The position numbers and the translations under genes were made by a program. From an uncultured Thermococci archaeon (GTDB lineage Archaea; Methanobacteriota_B; Thermococci; Methanofastidiosales; B48-G16): DNA of 64,000 nt. A model generated the notes under the pieces. That model had not been told where the DNA came from. It did not search any database and saw nothing but the letters and a program-made list of their open reading frames with translations. This document shows, one piece after another, positions 39,379 to 49,881 of this stretch (positions within the stretch are counted from its first letter, which is position 1; the number at the start of each line of letters is the position of its first letter). The stretch spans positions 32,001 through 96,000 of the forward strand of contig CAZQQT010000005.1 in assembly GCA_964595645.1 (NCBI GenBank), given 5' to 3'.

Positions 39379-41145
39379 TCACAGTTTTCGAAGGAACTGG
39401 ATCAAACTTCTCTCAGTGGTGAGATAGTACTTCTGTTCTCTGATGAGGATGGATGGAAGAGAACGAATTTTCGATGGCAGCATCGCGCGTGTTTTCTCAT
39501 AGTCTCGGGGTTTGAAGTTTATCGTCCCGTTGGACACATAACTCAGAAGCGCAAATATGGTCAGTGCCTTGTTGCAGTACTTTGAGTCTTTCTCCACTAC
39601 TATTTCGACCTCGAGAGGAGACATAGACAGTTTCTGATCCAGGATGTACCGTCTATCGTAGTACTCTATTTTTGGATCTCCATACGCAATAAATACCGCA
39701 CTTTTTGTACAGGAGGCGATGATTTCCGAGAAATCAGGATAATCTATGAGTTTTTCTATCCTGAATCCTGTTTCTCCTGTGAATTCCATGCCACAGTTCT
39801 TTATTTTGCAGTATCTGCACTTTTCGAGGTCAAATACGAGATCGAGTGTATTTCCCATCGCTATCTCTTCTCGAAGACCTTCGAGGATTCCTTCTTCTGT
39901 GAGTTCTCCAGTGAAAATTCTATTGTTGATTATGAGTGTGGGTTCCAGGAACTCTGAGTCTTCGAGAGGGATGAATGTAATATTAAGGAATTTTTGAAGT
40001 TCAGTGAGTATGGGTGGAATCTCATCTTCAAGATGGTAGAACCGGATGATCAGTTTTCTCGCCTCTGGAGAGAGATCGTAATACCCGATTTCATCTCCGC
40101 TCCTGTACACGCCTGACGGTGTGTACGGTCTCAATGGCGTTTCGTCAACAACCGTCTCTTTTTTTTCCGCTCCAGGTTCTTCAACACACCTTTCTTCGAA
40201 TGATTTTGTCGGGTACACAAACTCAATGGCGTTGTTGCGACACACTTCCACGCACTCCCCACAGAGTGTACAGTCCGTGCTCCGTTCACTTTGCACTGGA
40301 TCGATTCCCATAGGGCACGCGTCGGCGCACATACCGCAGCCATCACACTTCTCCATATCGACATGAAGTTTGAGGAGGCTTACCTTGTTGAAGATTCCTA
40401 CCCAGGCACCAAGAGGGCAGAGGGATCGGCACCAGAATCGGGAGATTACGAGGATAATGCCCATCAGAAAGATGAAAAATACGATTCTTCCGATAAAAAG
40501 TGTGTCGACAACCATTCCATGCTGGATTCTGTACGGTACGGCGGCTTCGATGAATCCTGCTGGACATATTTTACAGAAGAGCGTGTCCGCAAAATACCAC
40601 GCGGCGACAACTGTTGCTGCAAGCACGACAAATTTCGTGAACCGTAATCTGTGGGGTGTAGTGATCTTTCGATTGAAGATCTTGTCCATGCCGTCCTGAA
40701 GGAGTCCAAAGGGACATGCCCAGCTGCAGAAGGCGCGTCCTATCGCCACAAAAAAGACCGTGGTGTAGCCGATGAGGTAGTACGGTACCTTCCCGAGGAT
40801 GACGAAGTTTTGGATAGTACCGATAGGACAGGCTGTGGATGCGAGGGGGCATGCGTAACAGTGGAGAAATGGAGCGCAGAGCATCTTGAATACAATACCC
40901 AGCCCGCCGAGGCTCACTATTACGACGGAGATGAGCTGTGCGATTCTCCTCTTCTTCAGTGTGTTCTCACGCATAAAGAAGATACCCATACCAATGAGCA
41001 CAAAACCAATCAACAGCACAAAAAAGTCTATCTCTGTGACTGCAGGATCTCCAACGTATCCCACTTGCATATTCACAATTGAAAAAAGCGTGATCACACT
41101 ACCAACGGCAAGTAGCATCTTTTCCGTTATCTCCCCTTCACGCAT
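39379..41145 (-). CDS. Membrane polyferredoxin (NapH/MauN-like) with extended C-terminus
   Basis: CYACP, FCSWACPFG, FCKICP, WCRSLCPLG, two ferredoxin motifs, plus about 270 extra C-terminal residues. Confidence 0.85.
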   Translation of the reverse strand: MREGEITEKMLLAVGSVITLFSIVNMQVGYVGDPAVTEIDFFVLLIGFVLIGMGIFFMRENTLKKRRIAQLISVVIVSLGGLGIVFKMLCAPFLHCYACPLASTACPIGTIQNFVILGKVPYYLIGYTTVFFVAIGRAFCSWACPFGLLQDGMDKIFNRKITTPHRLRFTKFVVLAATVVAAWYFADTLFCKICPAGFIEAAVPYRIQHGMVVDTLFIGRIVFFIFLMGIILVISRFWCRSLCPLGAWVGIFNKVSLLKLHVDMEKCDGCGMCADACPMGIDPVQSERSTDCTLCGECVEVCRNNAIEFVYPTKSFEERCVEEPGAEKKETVVDETPLRPYTPSGVYRSGDEIGYYDLSPEARKLIIRFYHLEDEIPPILTELQKFLNITFIPLEDSEFLEPTLIINNRIFTGELTEEGILEGLREEIAMGNTLDLVFDLEKCRYCKIKNCGMEFTGETGFRIEKLIDYPDFSEIIASCTKSAVFIAYGDPKIEYYDRRYILDQKLSMSPLEVEIVVEKDSKYCNKALTIFALLSYVSNGTINFKPRDYEKTRAMLPSKIRSLPSILIREQKYYLTTERSLIQFLRKL

Positions 41146-41590
41146 TTTCTATAGCCTCCAGAATCCTGCTATCAAGTTTAAAGGCGCCAGAAAGTCTCGT
41201 TGCTTCCTCGCCATTGATCAGGATGATGGTGACGGGTAGGCCGTTGCGATCGATACCGTACTCCTCAAATGTCTCGGGGTGCTCCTCGTACTCGATCACG
41301 GTGTACTCTATCGATGCTGAAGCACCGGCTATCTCTTTCACGGTTTTGATGGCATCTGGACAGGATTTGCACCACTCTGCGGAAAATACGATAAGTTTCA
41401 CGGCACGATCGATTTTCTCTATACCCCCTGTATCTTCAATGCTAGTCTGATATGAGGAAGAGGTGAGTCCAAGGCAGGAAAGACAGATATACGTGGCGAT
41501 ATTTTCGGTGTCCACATGTTGTTTGAGACTTACACCGTAGCTTAGTACCACGATCCCGATTATCAGTACAGCTATCCCTTCCTTCTGCAT
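41138..41590 (-). CDS. Membrane-anchored thioredoxin-family protein with an extra N-terminal CxxC
   Basis: TM, ICLSCLGL, WCKSC, GLP cis-Pro loop. Confidence 0.85.
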   Translation of the reverse strand: MQKEGIAVLIIGIVVLSYGVSLKQHVDTENIATYICLSCLGLTSSSYQTSIEDTGGIEKIDRAVKLIVFSAEWCKSCPDAIKTVKEIAGASASIEYTVIEYEEHPETFEEYGIDRNGLPVTIILINGEEATRLSGAFKLDSRILEAIENA

Positions 41591-41675
41591 GGGTATGCTA
41601 TACGGAGTAGTTATTTATACCTTTCGTTTGTTCCAGAAACAGAATCTTTAAATAGCAGATCAGCCCTGTAGAGGT

Positions 41676-42206
41676 ATGCATCGGGACGATACACTGGCCC
41701 TTATGATCGACATCCAGGAGAAGTTCAGACCGGCGATTGCCGAGATAGATAGGGTAATTGATAGCGCAACAACACTTCTCAAAGCATGGAGCATTCTCGA
41801 TGTCCCTGTGGTTGTAACCGAACAGTATCCACGGGGTCTTGGATCTACGGTGGAAGAACTTGCGGATCTGATACCGACACCGATGGAGAAGGTACACTTC
41901 AGCTGTTTTGGAGATAACAATATCGCAAAGAAGATTGGGGAGTACGACAGGGAAAACCTTGTGCTTATAGGAATAGAAGCACACGTCTGCGTCCTGAATA
42001 CAGCGCTTAATGCTCTTGAAGAAGGATATACACCGCACGTCGTTGTGGATGCTGTTGCATCGAGACACGATGTAGACTATGAGACTGCGCTGACCAGAAT
42101 GACACAAGAAGGCGTACATCTTGCTACTGTCGAAATACTACTCTTTCAACTCTTAGAAAAAGCAGGAACACCGGAGTTTAAAGCGATCAGTAAGCTTATT
42201 AAATGA
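41676..42206 (+). CDS. Isochorismatase family hydrolase
   Basis: IDIQEK, TEQYPRGLG, GIEAHVCV. Confidence 0.93.
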   Translation: MHRDDTLALMIDIQEKFRPAIAEIDRVIDSATTLLKAWSILDVPVVVTEQYPRGLGSTVEELADLIPTPMEKVHFSCFGDNNIAKKIGEYDRENLVLIGIEAHVCVLNTALNALEEGYTPHVVVDAVASRHDVDYETALTRMTQEGVHLATVEILLFQLLEKAGTPEFKAISKLIK

Positions 42207-42226
42207 GTTCGTCGACATAACGGTAA

Positions 42227-42299
42227 AGCCGGGTAGGGTAGAGGCCAATCCTGTGAGGCTCTGGACCTCACGACTGCGGTTCGAATCCGCGCCCGGCTA
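42227..42299 (+). tRNA. tRNA-Gln(CUG)
   Basis: A1-U72 acceptor AGCCGGG/CCCGGCT, TGAGG-CTCTGGA-CCTCA anticodon arm. Confidence 0.93.
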
Positions 42300-42350
42300 C
42301 TTTTCGCATACGTAATAGTGTACTTCTCAGCGTGGTCGTGGAAAAAGAGC

Positions 42351-43595
42351 TTATATCTCGTCGATATCTTCTTTTTCCTGTTCTCCAGTTTTCATGTTTT
42401 TTATCGTTACCTTTTTCTCTTCCAACTCCCGTTCTCCAATGATTATCACATGTTCAGCATTTATTCTATCCGCATATTTCAGCTGGTTACTGAGATTTCT
42501 GTCGACCATGTCATAGGAAACGGAGTGTCCCTTCGCACGCAGTTTTTTTGCAATGTCGAGCACGTATTTATCCACGTCGCCAATACTTGCAATATAATAG
42601 TCTACTCTTGTTCTTTCCTCAGGCCAGACACCTTCCTCCCGCATCATGAGCTCCAATACGACATCCCCCATACCGAACCCAACGGCAGGTGTAGGTTCAC
42701 CTCCGAAGCTCTCCACGAGATCATCGTATCGTCCCCCTCCAAACACGCTTCGCATCTCCTTTCCTTCATCGTACACCTCAAACACCATATCTGTGTAGTA
42801 CGCCAATCCCCGGACAATGCTCAAATCCAGGGTACAGTGCTCTTTAAATCCATAGAGATCCAAATATCTAAAGATATCAAGAAGATTATCGATGGCGTTA
42901 TCCATTTTTGCCGTTCTCCCCTTGAATTCTTCTATATTTTCGATGGTCACAGAGTCGAGAATTTCGAGAATCTCATCGTAGTTTGTGATCCCACACGCAG
43001 TGAGTTCTTCGATAAACTCGTTTTCCGGGATTTTCTCTCGTTTGTCGATCACTCTGAAGGCTTTCTGTACATCAGGTATGTTGTACTCCTCTAAAAGCCC
43101 CTGTAAAAATCCTCGGTGCGAGATATGGAATAAGAATTGTTTCAACCCGAGGTTTACCATAATACTAATACCGACAGACAGCACCTCCGCATCTGCTTTC
43201 GGCGACTCGGATCCAAAAATATCCACGTTAAGCTGGTAGAACTCACGCAGTCTGCCGGACTGCGGTCGTTCATACCGCCAGTGTCGAGGAATTGAGTACC
43301 ATTTTAATGGTTTTCCCAGTTCCTTCTGCTTGTTGGCGATCATCCGTGAGACAGAAGGGGTGAACTCTGGAATCAAACAGATTGTTCTCCCTCCCTTGTC
43401 TTCAAAGGCGTAGATCTCTTCCTTAATTTCTTCTCCGGATTTTTTCGCAATGAGATCGAAGGATTCGATAGCAGGAGAGACGATCTCATGAAATCCATAT
43501 CGTTCCGCTGTATCTCTGATAATGCGAAATACTTCGTTTCTCGCCGCCATCTCTTCGGGGTAGAAATCTCTTGTCCCTCGTAATCGCTGAAACAT
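42351..43595 (-). CDS. hisS: Histidine--tRNA ligase
   Basis: RGTRDF, YERPQSGRLREFYQ, RGLAYYT, GGGRYD; start moved to 43595 because the ORF-track extension overlaps tRNA-Phe. Confidence 0.97.
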   Translation of the reverse strand: MFQRLRGTRDFYPEEMAARNEVFRIIRDTAERYGFHEIVSPAIESFDLIAKKSGEEIKEEIYAFEDKGGRTICLIPEFTPSVSRMIANKQKELGKPLKWYSIPRHWRYERPQSGRLREFYQLNVDIFGSESPKADAEVLSVGISIMVNLGLKQFLFHISHRGFLQGLLEEYNIPDVQKAFRVIDKREKIPENEFIEELTACGITNYDEILEILDSVTIENIEEFKGRTAKMDNAIDNLLDIFRYLDLYGFKEHCTLDLSIVRGLAYYTDMVFEVYDEGKEMRSVFGGGRYDDLVESFGGEPTPAVGFGMGDVVLELMMREEGVWPEERTRVDYYIASIGDVDKYVLDIAKKLRAKGHSVSYDMVDRNLSNQLKYADRINAEHVIIIGERELEEKKVTIKNMKTGEQEKEDIDEI

Positions 43596-43678
43596 ACATT
43601 CCCCACTGATTTCTGACTTAAAAACCTTTCTACACCTTGACGAAAAGCTTTTAAATAGCGTTACCAACATCGTACTGT

Positions 43679-43753
43679 GCCGCGGTCGCCTAGCCAGGGA
43701 GGGCGCCAGACTGAAGATCTGGTTCTCCGCCGGTTCAAATCCGGCCCGCGGCA
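43679..43753 (+). tRNA. tRNA-Phe(GAA)
   Basis: GCCGCGG acceptor, CCAGA-CTGAAGA-TCTGG anticodon arm, GGTTCAAATCC. Confidence 0.95.
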
Positions 43754-43953
43754 TTCTAAAGATTTCTTTTTTAACTTTCTTAGATATATTATAGTTCCAT
43801 TGAAATTTTAGTTCTTTCATATCCTTTATAAAAAAGTATTCACAATAACTTTTATGGGGAGACATTGTCTACATACCCTCCCAAATACATATTTGTGGTG
43901 AGAACCTCACTTTCCAAGAGAAAGATTTATTAACCTTTGTGTCTATACAGTGT

Positions 43954-44013
43954 TGGAGAGTTTGGAGATTCACTTTTTTACCACCTCCCACACCCCCCTC
44001 TCCAAGCTCTCCA
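43954..44013 (+). ncRNA. Candidate hairpin small RNA with anti-SD loop
   Basis: 15-bp stem (one U-G pair, valid only on the + strand), loop containing CCACCTCC, BRE/TATA GAAAGATTTATTAA about 25 nt upstream. Confidence 0.5.
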
Positions 44014-44270
44014 TTTCAATCTTTTATTGTTATTTACCATCCACAATGAAAGTAAAAGCTATCAGTGAAGAATAGAGTAACATATTCAGAAAAACATAAG
44101 ATCAAAGATTCTTTATGTACAATCTCTTCTCTTATCGTTATTTTTCTTGAAGCTACGTGATAAAATAGCGAATAATTAAACCTAACTCACTGTACTGTAC
44201 GGCTTTTTTGGAGCTACTATCCTTGCTCAGAAGTTAAATACTTCTTCTCGTTTCGTGCCGCTTCGTTCTC

Positions 44271-44522
44271 CTAGTCCTTTTCCTTGGTAAGTGTGATCTC
44301 ACAGGTACTGACGTTTCTATCTTCAATAACCTCTGTTCCTATCTCAATGTTTTCGAGTTTCGCTTCTTGATAGAACCGATTTCGCGTGATCTCCGCAACA
44401 TCCACCGCTTTCGAAATATTTCTTCCTCTCGCTTTAAGCACAACTTCGTCGTCGTTATTAAATCCTGTTACTGCAGCCAGTACGTATGCCATAGCACCTT
44501 TTTTACCTATCAATACGTCCAT
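44271..44522 (-). CDS. albA: Chromatin protein Alba
   Basis: LIGKKG..YVLA, KARGRNISKAVDVAE, VSTCEITL. Confidence 0.95.
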   Translation of the reverse strand: MDVLIGKKGAMAYVLAAVTGFNNDDEVVLKARGRNISKAVDVAEITRNRFYQEAKLENIEIGTEVIEDRNVSTCEITLTKEKD

Positions 44523-44815
44523 TTTGTCCACCTCATTGTTCAACTTTTGTGTCCACTAAGAGTTTATCGACAGAGTATATAAAGTTTTGGGACTATACAG
44601 GATTGAATATCTCTTTTTAAACATTCTCCATATCATCTACTTTCTTTCGCCTTTTTCGTTATGCTAGCCAGAGATCTGTGAGATGATAGAGTTCACCGAT
44701 CTATAAAGGCTAATTCTTCTCTTCTCCTCGTTGTCTCTTTGAAACCCTTTTACTATATCATACGCTTTAAAAAGATACAAGATAAATACTTCATGGAATC
44801 ACGGAGAGATCACTG

Positions 44816-46009
44816 ATGAATGAAAAGCGATTGTTCTGGATACTCACCTCCTTTGCTACAGTCTCCTCAATTGGATCAAGCATGATCCTGCCGTACATTC
44901 CCCTTTACGGAAAGGAAATCGGGATGTCGGTCAGCCTCGTTGGATATCTCATCTTCGTCTACTATGGGATAGAGGTCTTTACGAGGATACCAATTGGGTC
45001 ATTGTCAGATTCCCTTGGACATGCTACTGTGACGTTTGCTGGGGCAGTGGCATTGATAGGCGCTGCTGTTTCGTACTTACTATCTGTAGAGGCAACGAAA
45101 CTGCTTTTTCTCGCACAACTCCTTTTTGGCATTGGCATGTCAATTACATGGGTGACGATTCCATCCTTCATTACAAAAACAGAGAAATCTGTGTTCACCT
45201 ACAGTTTTTCCGTTGGGCTAGGATGGCTCATAGGACCCCCGATTGGAGGGCATATCAAGGATCTTTGGGGCATGTACTCGCTGTTCGAGCTGTTTTTGGT
45301 GAACATGGTAGTCTTGTTGGGATTGGCTCTTTTATTCTATATCAACGATCCGGAGCGATCTGAGAAATCTGATGTAACACTTTCCAGGGCACTTTCACGT
45401 GTCTCCAAATCGTATAAAAGAGCATTTCATCTTTTAAACAAACAGAGAATTGTAATCGCCGGTGCTGTCTCCTTTCTCATGTTCATGATCTTCGCCATGG
45501 GTGCATCATTGATACCGCTCTACTTTTCAAGTATAGGATTTATTAGTTTTTATATCGGTATTCTTCAGTCCGTGAGGACAGGTTCCTCAACAATCATTCG
45601 GTTGGTGGCGAAGAAAATTCTCACTGTGGCAAATGATGTGACGGTACTTGTTCTGGGCATGGGACTCACCGGACTGTCTGTTATCTTGATCACCATGACC
45701 GAATCTCTCCTTCCCATTGCAATCCTCTGTGCGGTGTGGGGGATAGGCGGAGGGTTCTACCTCCCCATCGTCTTTGATCTCATTGGGAAGTGCACCGATC
45801 AGGATGAGCGCGGGCTTGCCATGGGGCTACGAGGGACAATGGGGACAATGGGATCTGCGATAGGAGTTCTCGCATTTTCCAATATCGCTGAGTTTTTTAG
45901 TGTCCAGATCTCACTTCAATTGCTCGGTATTTTCGGTGTAGCATCTACTATCGTTCTTTTAGGGTACTGGAAATTTCGTGTAAACACAGATGAGGAAGAG
46001 GAGTGTTGA
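44816..46009 (+). CDS. MFS transporter
   Basis: 12 TM segments, GSLSDSLG motif A-like, ERGLAMG. Confidence 0.9.
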   Translation: MNEKRLFWILTSFATVSSIGSSMILPYIPLYGKEIGMSVSLVGYLIFVYYGIEVFTRIPIGSLSDSLGHATVTFAGAVALIGAAVSYLLSVEATKLLFLAQLLFGIGMSITWVTIPSFITKTEKSVFTYSFSVGLGWLIGPPIGGHIKDLWGMYSLFELFLVNMVVLLGLALLFYINDPERSEKSDVTLSRALSRVSKSYKRAFHLLNKQRIVIAGAVSFLMFMIFAMGASLIPLYFSSIGFISFYIGILQSVRTGSSTIIRLVAKKILTVANDVTVLVLGMGLTGLSVILITMTESLLPIAILCAVWGIGGGFYLPIVFDLIGKCTDQDERGLAMGLRGTMGTMGSAIGVLAFSNIAEFFSVQISLQLLGIFGVASTIVLLGYWKFRVNTDEEEEC

Positions 46010-46026
46010 TACGCACCACGTTGTTT

Positions 46027-46977
46027 CTACATTTCCTCTATAAACCACTTCACCGTTTCTCTGATACCTTCTTTCAACGAGATTGAAGGTGTGTATCCGA
46101 GTACCTGCTTCGCTTTGGAGATATTCGCGTAGTTTCTGTAGATCTCTCCTGCACGTTCTTCTTCATATTGTGGGGAGGGGACATTGTACCCATGCATTTT
46201 CAGTTCTTGTTGTATCATTCGGTATAATGCGTTGACAGTCGTTTCTTTGCCTGTGGCAATCTGAAAAAGTTCATAGGAGGTAGGGAGATCAGTGGTTAAG
46301 GCGAGATGGATCGCATTTGCGATATCCTTGGAATGAATGAAGTCGCGGGTTTGGTTCCCGTCGCTATAGATCACCGGCTGTTTGTTGCGAAGCAACTGTT
46401 TGATCCACAATGCCACAACACTTCCCTTGTGGTACGAGTGAGGACCATAGACATTGGAGAAACGTAATGCAACAGTGTTGAGGTCGAAAGACCCTGCGTA
46501 GGCACTGCAATAGCCCTCACACGCGAGTTTGCTCGCACCATAGGGTGAAAGTGGCTGCGGCACCTGCGTTTCATGTGCAGGCGGCTCCTGCTCACCAAGC
46601 GGCGCTGCTGAGGAGGCATGTACTACTTTGGCACACTGTTCTTCCACCGCAGCGTTTAATACAGTGAGAGTGCCGAAAATATTGATTTCTGCGTCATTCA
46701 TCGGGTCGTCGATGGAGTGTATTACATCTGTGTGGGCTGCTAAATTTACTACGTACTTACAGCCACGAATCGCATCCATCACATCCTCTTCATCTCTGAT
46801 ATCACCTTTAAACAGTGTAACTCTCTCCGAAGAGTATCTATTGATGTTTTCGAGGTGCTCCCTTTTTCCCGTACTCAGGTTGTCGAGCACGTTGATGTTC
46901 CAATCCGTTTCTCTCAGTAGGTATTCGATCAGATTTACACCAACAAATCCACATCCTCCTGTGACCAAAATTTTCAT
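46027..46977 (-). CDS. NAD-dependent epimerase/dehydratase (GalE-like)
   Basis: TGGCGFVG, YGASK, RFSNVYGP, QTRDF. Confidence 0.93.
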   Translation of the reverse strand: MKILVTGGCGFVGVNLIEYLLRETDWNINVLDNLSTGKREHLENINRYSSERVTLFKGDIRDEEDVMDAIRGCKYVVNLAAHTDVIHSIDDPMNDAEINIFGTLTVLNAAVEEQCAKVVHASSAAPLGEQEPPAHETQVPQPLSPYGASKLACEGYCSAYAGSFDLNTVALRFSNVYGPHSYHKGSVVALWIKQLLRNKQPVIYSDGNQTRDFIHSKDIANAIHLALTTDLPTSYELFQIATGKETTVNALYRMIQQELKMHGYNVPSPQYEEERAGEIYRNYANISKAKQVLGYTPSISLKEGIRETVKWFIEEM

Positions 46978-47165
46978 TGTTCCACCATCATATATTCTCG
47001 AGTAGATGTATTAATGATAATACCTATAACTACTGCAAACGTGATGCTGAGAAGTGTACCAATAAGATAGTAGTCAGATAAGCTTTTATCCTTTTTACCT
47101 TCTATTTCATATGATCGTATAGATTTTGCAACAAATATTATACAATAGTTCCAAAAAAAATCCAT
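46974..47165 (-). pseudogene. C-terminal remnant of a DUF3307/SatE-like membrane protein
   Basis: AKSIR...DYYLIGTLLS motif, 63 aa only, directly after satD. Confidence 0.55.
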
Positions 47166-47840
47166 TTAATCACCTTTTCTTAGATCTTTCACCCATTTGC
47201 GGCTAACAAATTCTACAAAACTTCTCTCTGCACCCTCTATCATCCCATACTTCGCACGTTTCAGTATCTTTGACACATTCTGCTTTGTAATATTCTTCCT
47301 TTCTGCAACGTCAGTCAGTGTGAGATCTTCTTTTTTCTTTTTCATTTTTCTGCAATATCCTACAATTTCTTTCTGCCGTTCTGTCCATCCCCACATTGTA
47401 TCTGCAATGAAATTTAGGAGAGAAGAAATAATGTCATTTGTATCCCACTCACTTTTAATTTCAATCCATTTTTTTTGTTTTTTTATTTCTTCAAGCGCTT
47501 CACGTGCCCTATAAAATGCTCCACCATCTATTTCACTGACACGTTCACTTATCCTCGTGGATATTCCACCAATACCTATGCCTAGGTAAAATTCATGATT
47601 GAGAATATCAAAAAACATTTGATAGATGTCAAATAGGCTTTTAGGAGAAGAAATCATCCCTTGAAAGCTATCACCACCTATAAGCATGAATTTTGCGGTG
47701 ATAGTCCTTTCAAATCCCTTGTTAATCCTATTAATGGCTTTTTTTAAATTCTCTTGTGCTCCTGCCCCATTTTTTAAATCTCGGGGTGACCGGAGATTGC
47801 CTGTGAGAACGATATAGTCTTTTTGCAATGCATCACGCAT
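47166..47840 (-). CDS. SatD family protein
   Basis: GDSFQG, GIGIG, DGGAFYRAR, C-terminal HTH (WTERQ...ITKQNVSK). Confidence 0.85.
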   Translation of the reverse strand: MRDALQKDYIVLTGNLRSPRDLKNGAGAQENLKKAINRINKGFERTITAKFMLIGGDSFQGMISSPKSLFDIYQMFFDILNHEFYLGIGIGGISTRISERVSEIDGGAFYRAREALEEIKKQKKWIEIKSEWDTNDIISSLLNFIADTMWGWTERQKEIVGYCRKMKKKKEDLTLTDVAERKNITKQNVSKILKRAKYGMIEGAERSFVEFVSRKWVKDLRKGD

Positions 47841-47912
47841 TATATCTTCTCTCCTCCATTGTTTGTATCTTTTCTTTTTTTATAAATTTTTCTTTTCATT
47901 ACATTTTTTTAC

Positions 47913-49445
47913 TCACGCATTTCCGTACACCCATTTCTCGAACAGAGGTGTTAAATTACAGTTACAATGGGTCTCAGCAAGTGTTTTGAACTCTTCTTCT
48001 GTACCAATTTCCCATTTGTTAGATTCATAGTACTCCCTGAGGAACTCATTGAATGTATCCTGTCCCATCTCCTCTTCCAACGTGGTAAGAAAGAATGGGC
48101 CTCGGCCATACACAATTGGTGAGTACTCTTCCCTCGAATAGCTGTGTGATGACATGCCTATTGGTATCTCTGCCTTATCTACGTGGCTCCATATTGACTC
48201 CCATGAGTGCCGACGATACTGTTGTGCAGCTGCTTCTCCATAGACCTCACGGTAGTACACCCCGGTGAGATACTGGACGACAGCTTCATCGAGCCATGGA
48301 TCATCCACCTGATCGTTTCCCACAACATTGTAAAACCACTGGTGTGCCACCTCATGGACCGTTACAATTTCAAGCATCATGTTCTCATCCACCCCTTCCG
48401 TATCCTGCGTCTCGGTGTAGAGTCTATCGGAGATCGTGATAATTCCCGGATATTCCATTCCATAGGCTAACATAGGTGTACCCACAATATCGAACTCAGT
48501 ATAAGGGTATGTACCGAATCGTTCTGCGTAGATTTTCAATGCTTCTACTGCGTATTGTAGTGCCATTTTCGCTCTTCCTTCTCCTTCCGGAAGAGTATAA
48601 GAGTTGACCGAGGTCTCTCCTATCGTCGTAGTTCTCGAGTTGTAAAACTCGCTGGCGACGAGATAGAAATCACGAGCAGGACCAACCGCGAAGGTGCAGG
48701 TCTGCACACCATTTTCAGTCGTTGATCGTATCTTATTTCCTGAGGTAATGAGGTTCAATTGCGCAGGTGCGGTCACGCGTACTAGATAGAGGCTAGCGTC
48801 GAGATAGGTAAGATCACCGTGAGAGGGGGGCATGTCGAGGTTCCATCCCTCATCATCGTACACCGGGATGAGAGGATAAAACTCCTCGAGAGCCAGCACG
48901 TTTTCGAAGTACCCGAAAAGCCCATAGTGCCCCTTTTTATCTTGAGGAATCTCTACCTCAAACTCCAGAGTCATGGTGACTGTATCTCCCGGTTCCAGCG
49001 AGGAGGAAAGTGGTACACTGAGTGCACTTTTTTGGTTTTCGTAAGAGGGGATCACCTCTTCTTCGTTCACTAGCATAGTGGAGACAGTCATCGTTCCACC
49101 AATGATGTTCGGATACAACAAAAAGTAAATCTTATTGAGAGGCACATTTTCTCTGTTGGTATATCGAACCTTCTCATATCCGGTGAGTCTGAGACGGTTA
49201 TCGGATATTGCGATATTAATGCGGTACACAGTAGCACCAGAGAGGTCATCCATCCCCTTCTTCTCTGCACTCACAAGCCCCTGACGGAACACTGTGTAAT
49301 CGCTCCAGTCAGTCTCGAATGGATCAGGTGATATTATATCGTTCTCTTTAGGGGGAACGGTAGAGGGCTGCTGTTTGTTTGATGCGCATCCCATCACGAG
49401 GATAATTATTGATATGCATGCAATAATTTTTAATGATGAGTCCAT
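47913..49445 (-). CDS. M1-family metallo-aminopeptidase, lipoprotein
   Basis: Lipobox (VMGC), GMEYP, HEVAHQWF...WLDE, VYGRG. Confidence 0.92.
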   Translation of the reverse strand: MDSSLKIIACISIIILVMGCASNKQQPSTVPPKENDIISPDPFETDWSDYTVFRQGLVSAEKKGMDDLSGATVYRINIAISDNRLRLTGYEKVRYTNRENVPLNKIYFLLYPNIIGGTMTVSTMLVNEEEVIPSYENQKSALSVPLSSSLEPGDTVTMTLEFEVEIPQDKKGHYGLFGYFENVLALEEFYPLIPVYDDEGWNLDMPPSHGDLTYLDASLYLVRVTAPAQLNLITSGNKIRSTTENGVQTCTFAVGPARDFYLVASEFYNSRTTTIGETSVNSYTLPEGEGRAKMALQYAVEALKIYAERFGTYPYTEFDIVGTPMLAYGMEYPGIITISDRLYTETQDTEGVDENMMLEIVTVHEVAHQWFYNVVGNDQVDDPWLDEAVVQYLTGVYYREVYGEAAAQQYRRHSWESIWSHVDKAEIPIGMSSHSYSREEYSPIVYGRGPFFLTTLEEEMGQDTFNEFLREYYESNKWEIGTEEEFKTLAETHCNCNLTPLFEKWVYGNA

Positions 49446-49597
49446 TGTGTTTTTTTCTCCCCCCTGTTTTATAACGGTTTCGTTTGCGGACTGTAGTAAT
49501 TATTTGAACAATCACATTTGTCACTAGTTTTCAACCGAAAAGCTTAAATGTTAGAACGAGGGACATAGAAATGTATCTCAATCCTGGAGGTGACCAA

Positions 49598-49849
49598 ATG
49601 AAAAAGATAATTTTAAGCGCTGGAGTACTCGGCGTGGCAATCACGCTCATTACAGGAATGATCAACACAACACCCAAAAATCTGGTAGGGGCAACTCATT
49701 ATGGATTCCCATGGGCGTGGAGATACGTTCCTGTTGTTCCTAATCCGGTTGCTACCTATGATCTCACGCATTTTCTCGGGGATATTGTCGCGTGGTGTGT
49801 CGTTGTGAGCATTCCGCTACTACTCTGGTGGAAAATGAAAAAGAAGTGA
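49598..49849 (+). CDS. Small membrane protein
   Basis: SD GGAGGTGA, two TM segments, YGFPWAW motif. Confidence 0.7.
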   Translation: MKKIILSAGVLGVAITLITGMINTTPKNLVGATHYGFPWAWRYVPVVPNPVATYDLTHFLGDIVAWCVVVSIPLLLWWKMKKK

Positions 49850-49881
49850 GTTTCACCGACTCTCTTTTTTTCACATCCTTT

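Noticed and set aside
43596-43865. 90-aa N-terminal extension of HisRS in the ORF track
   Set aside because: It is antisense to tRNA-Phe and spans its promoter; the real start is 43595.
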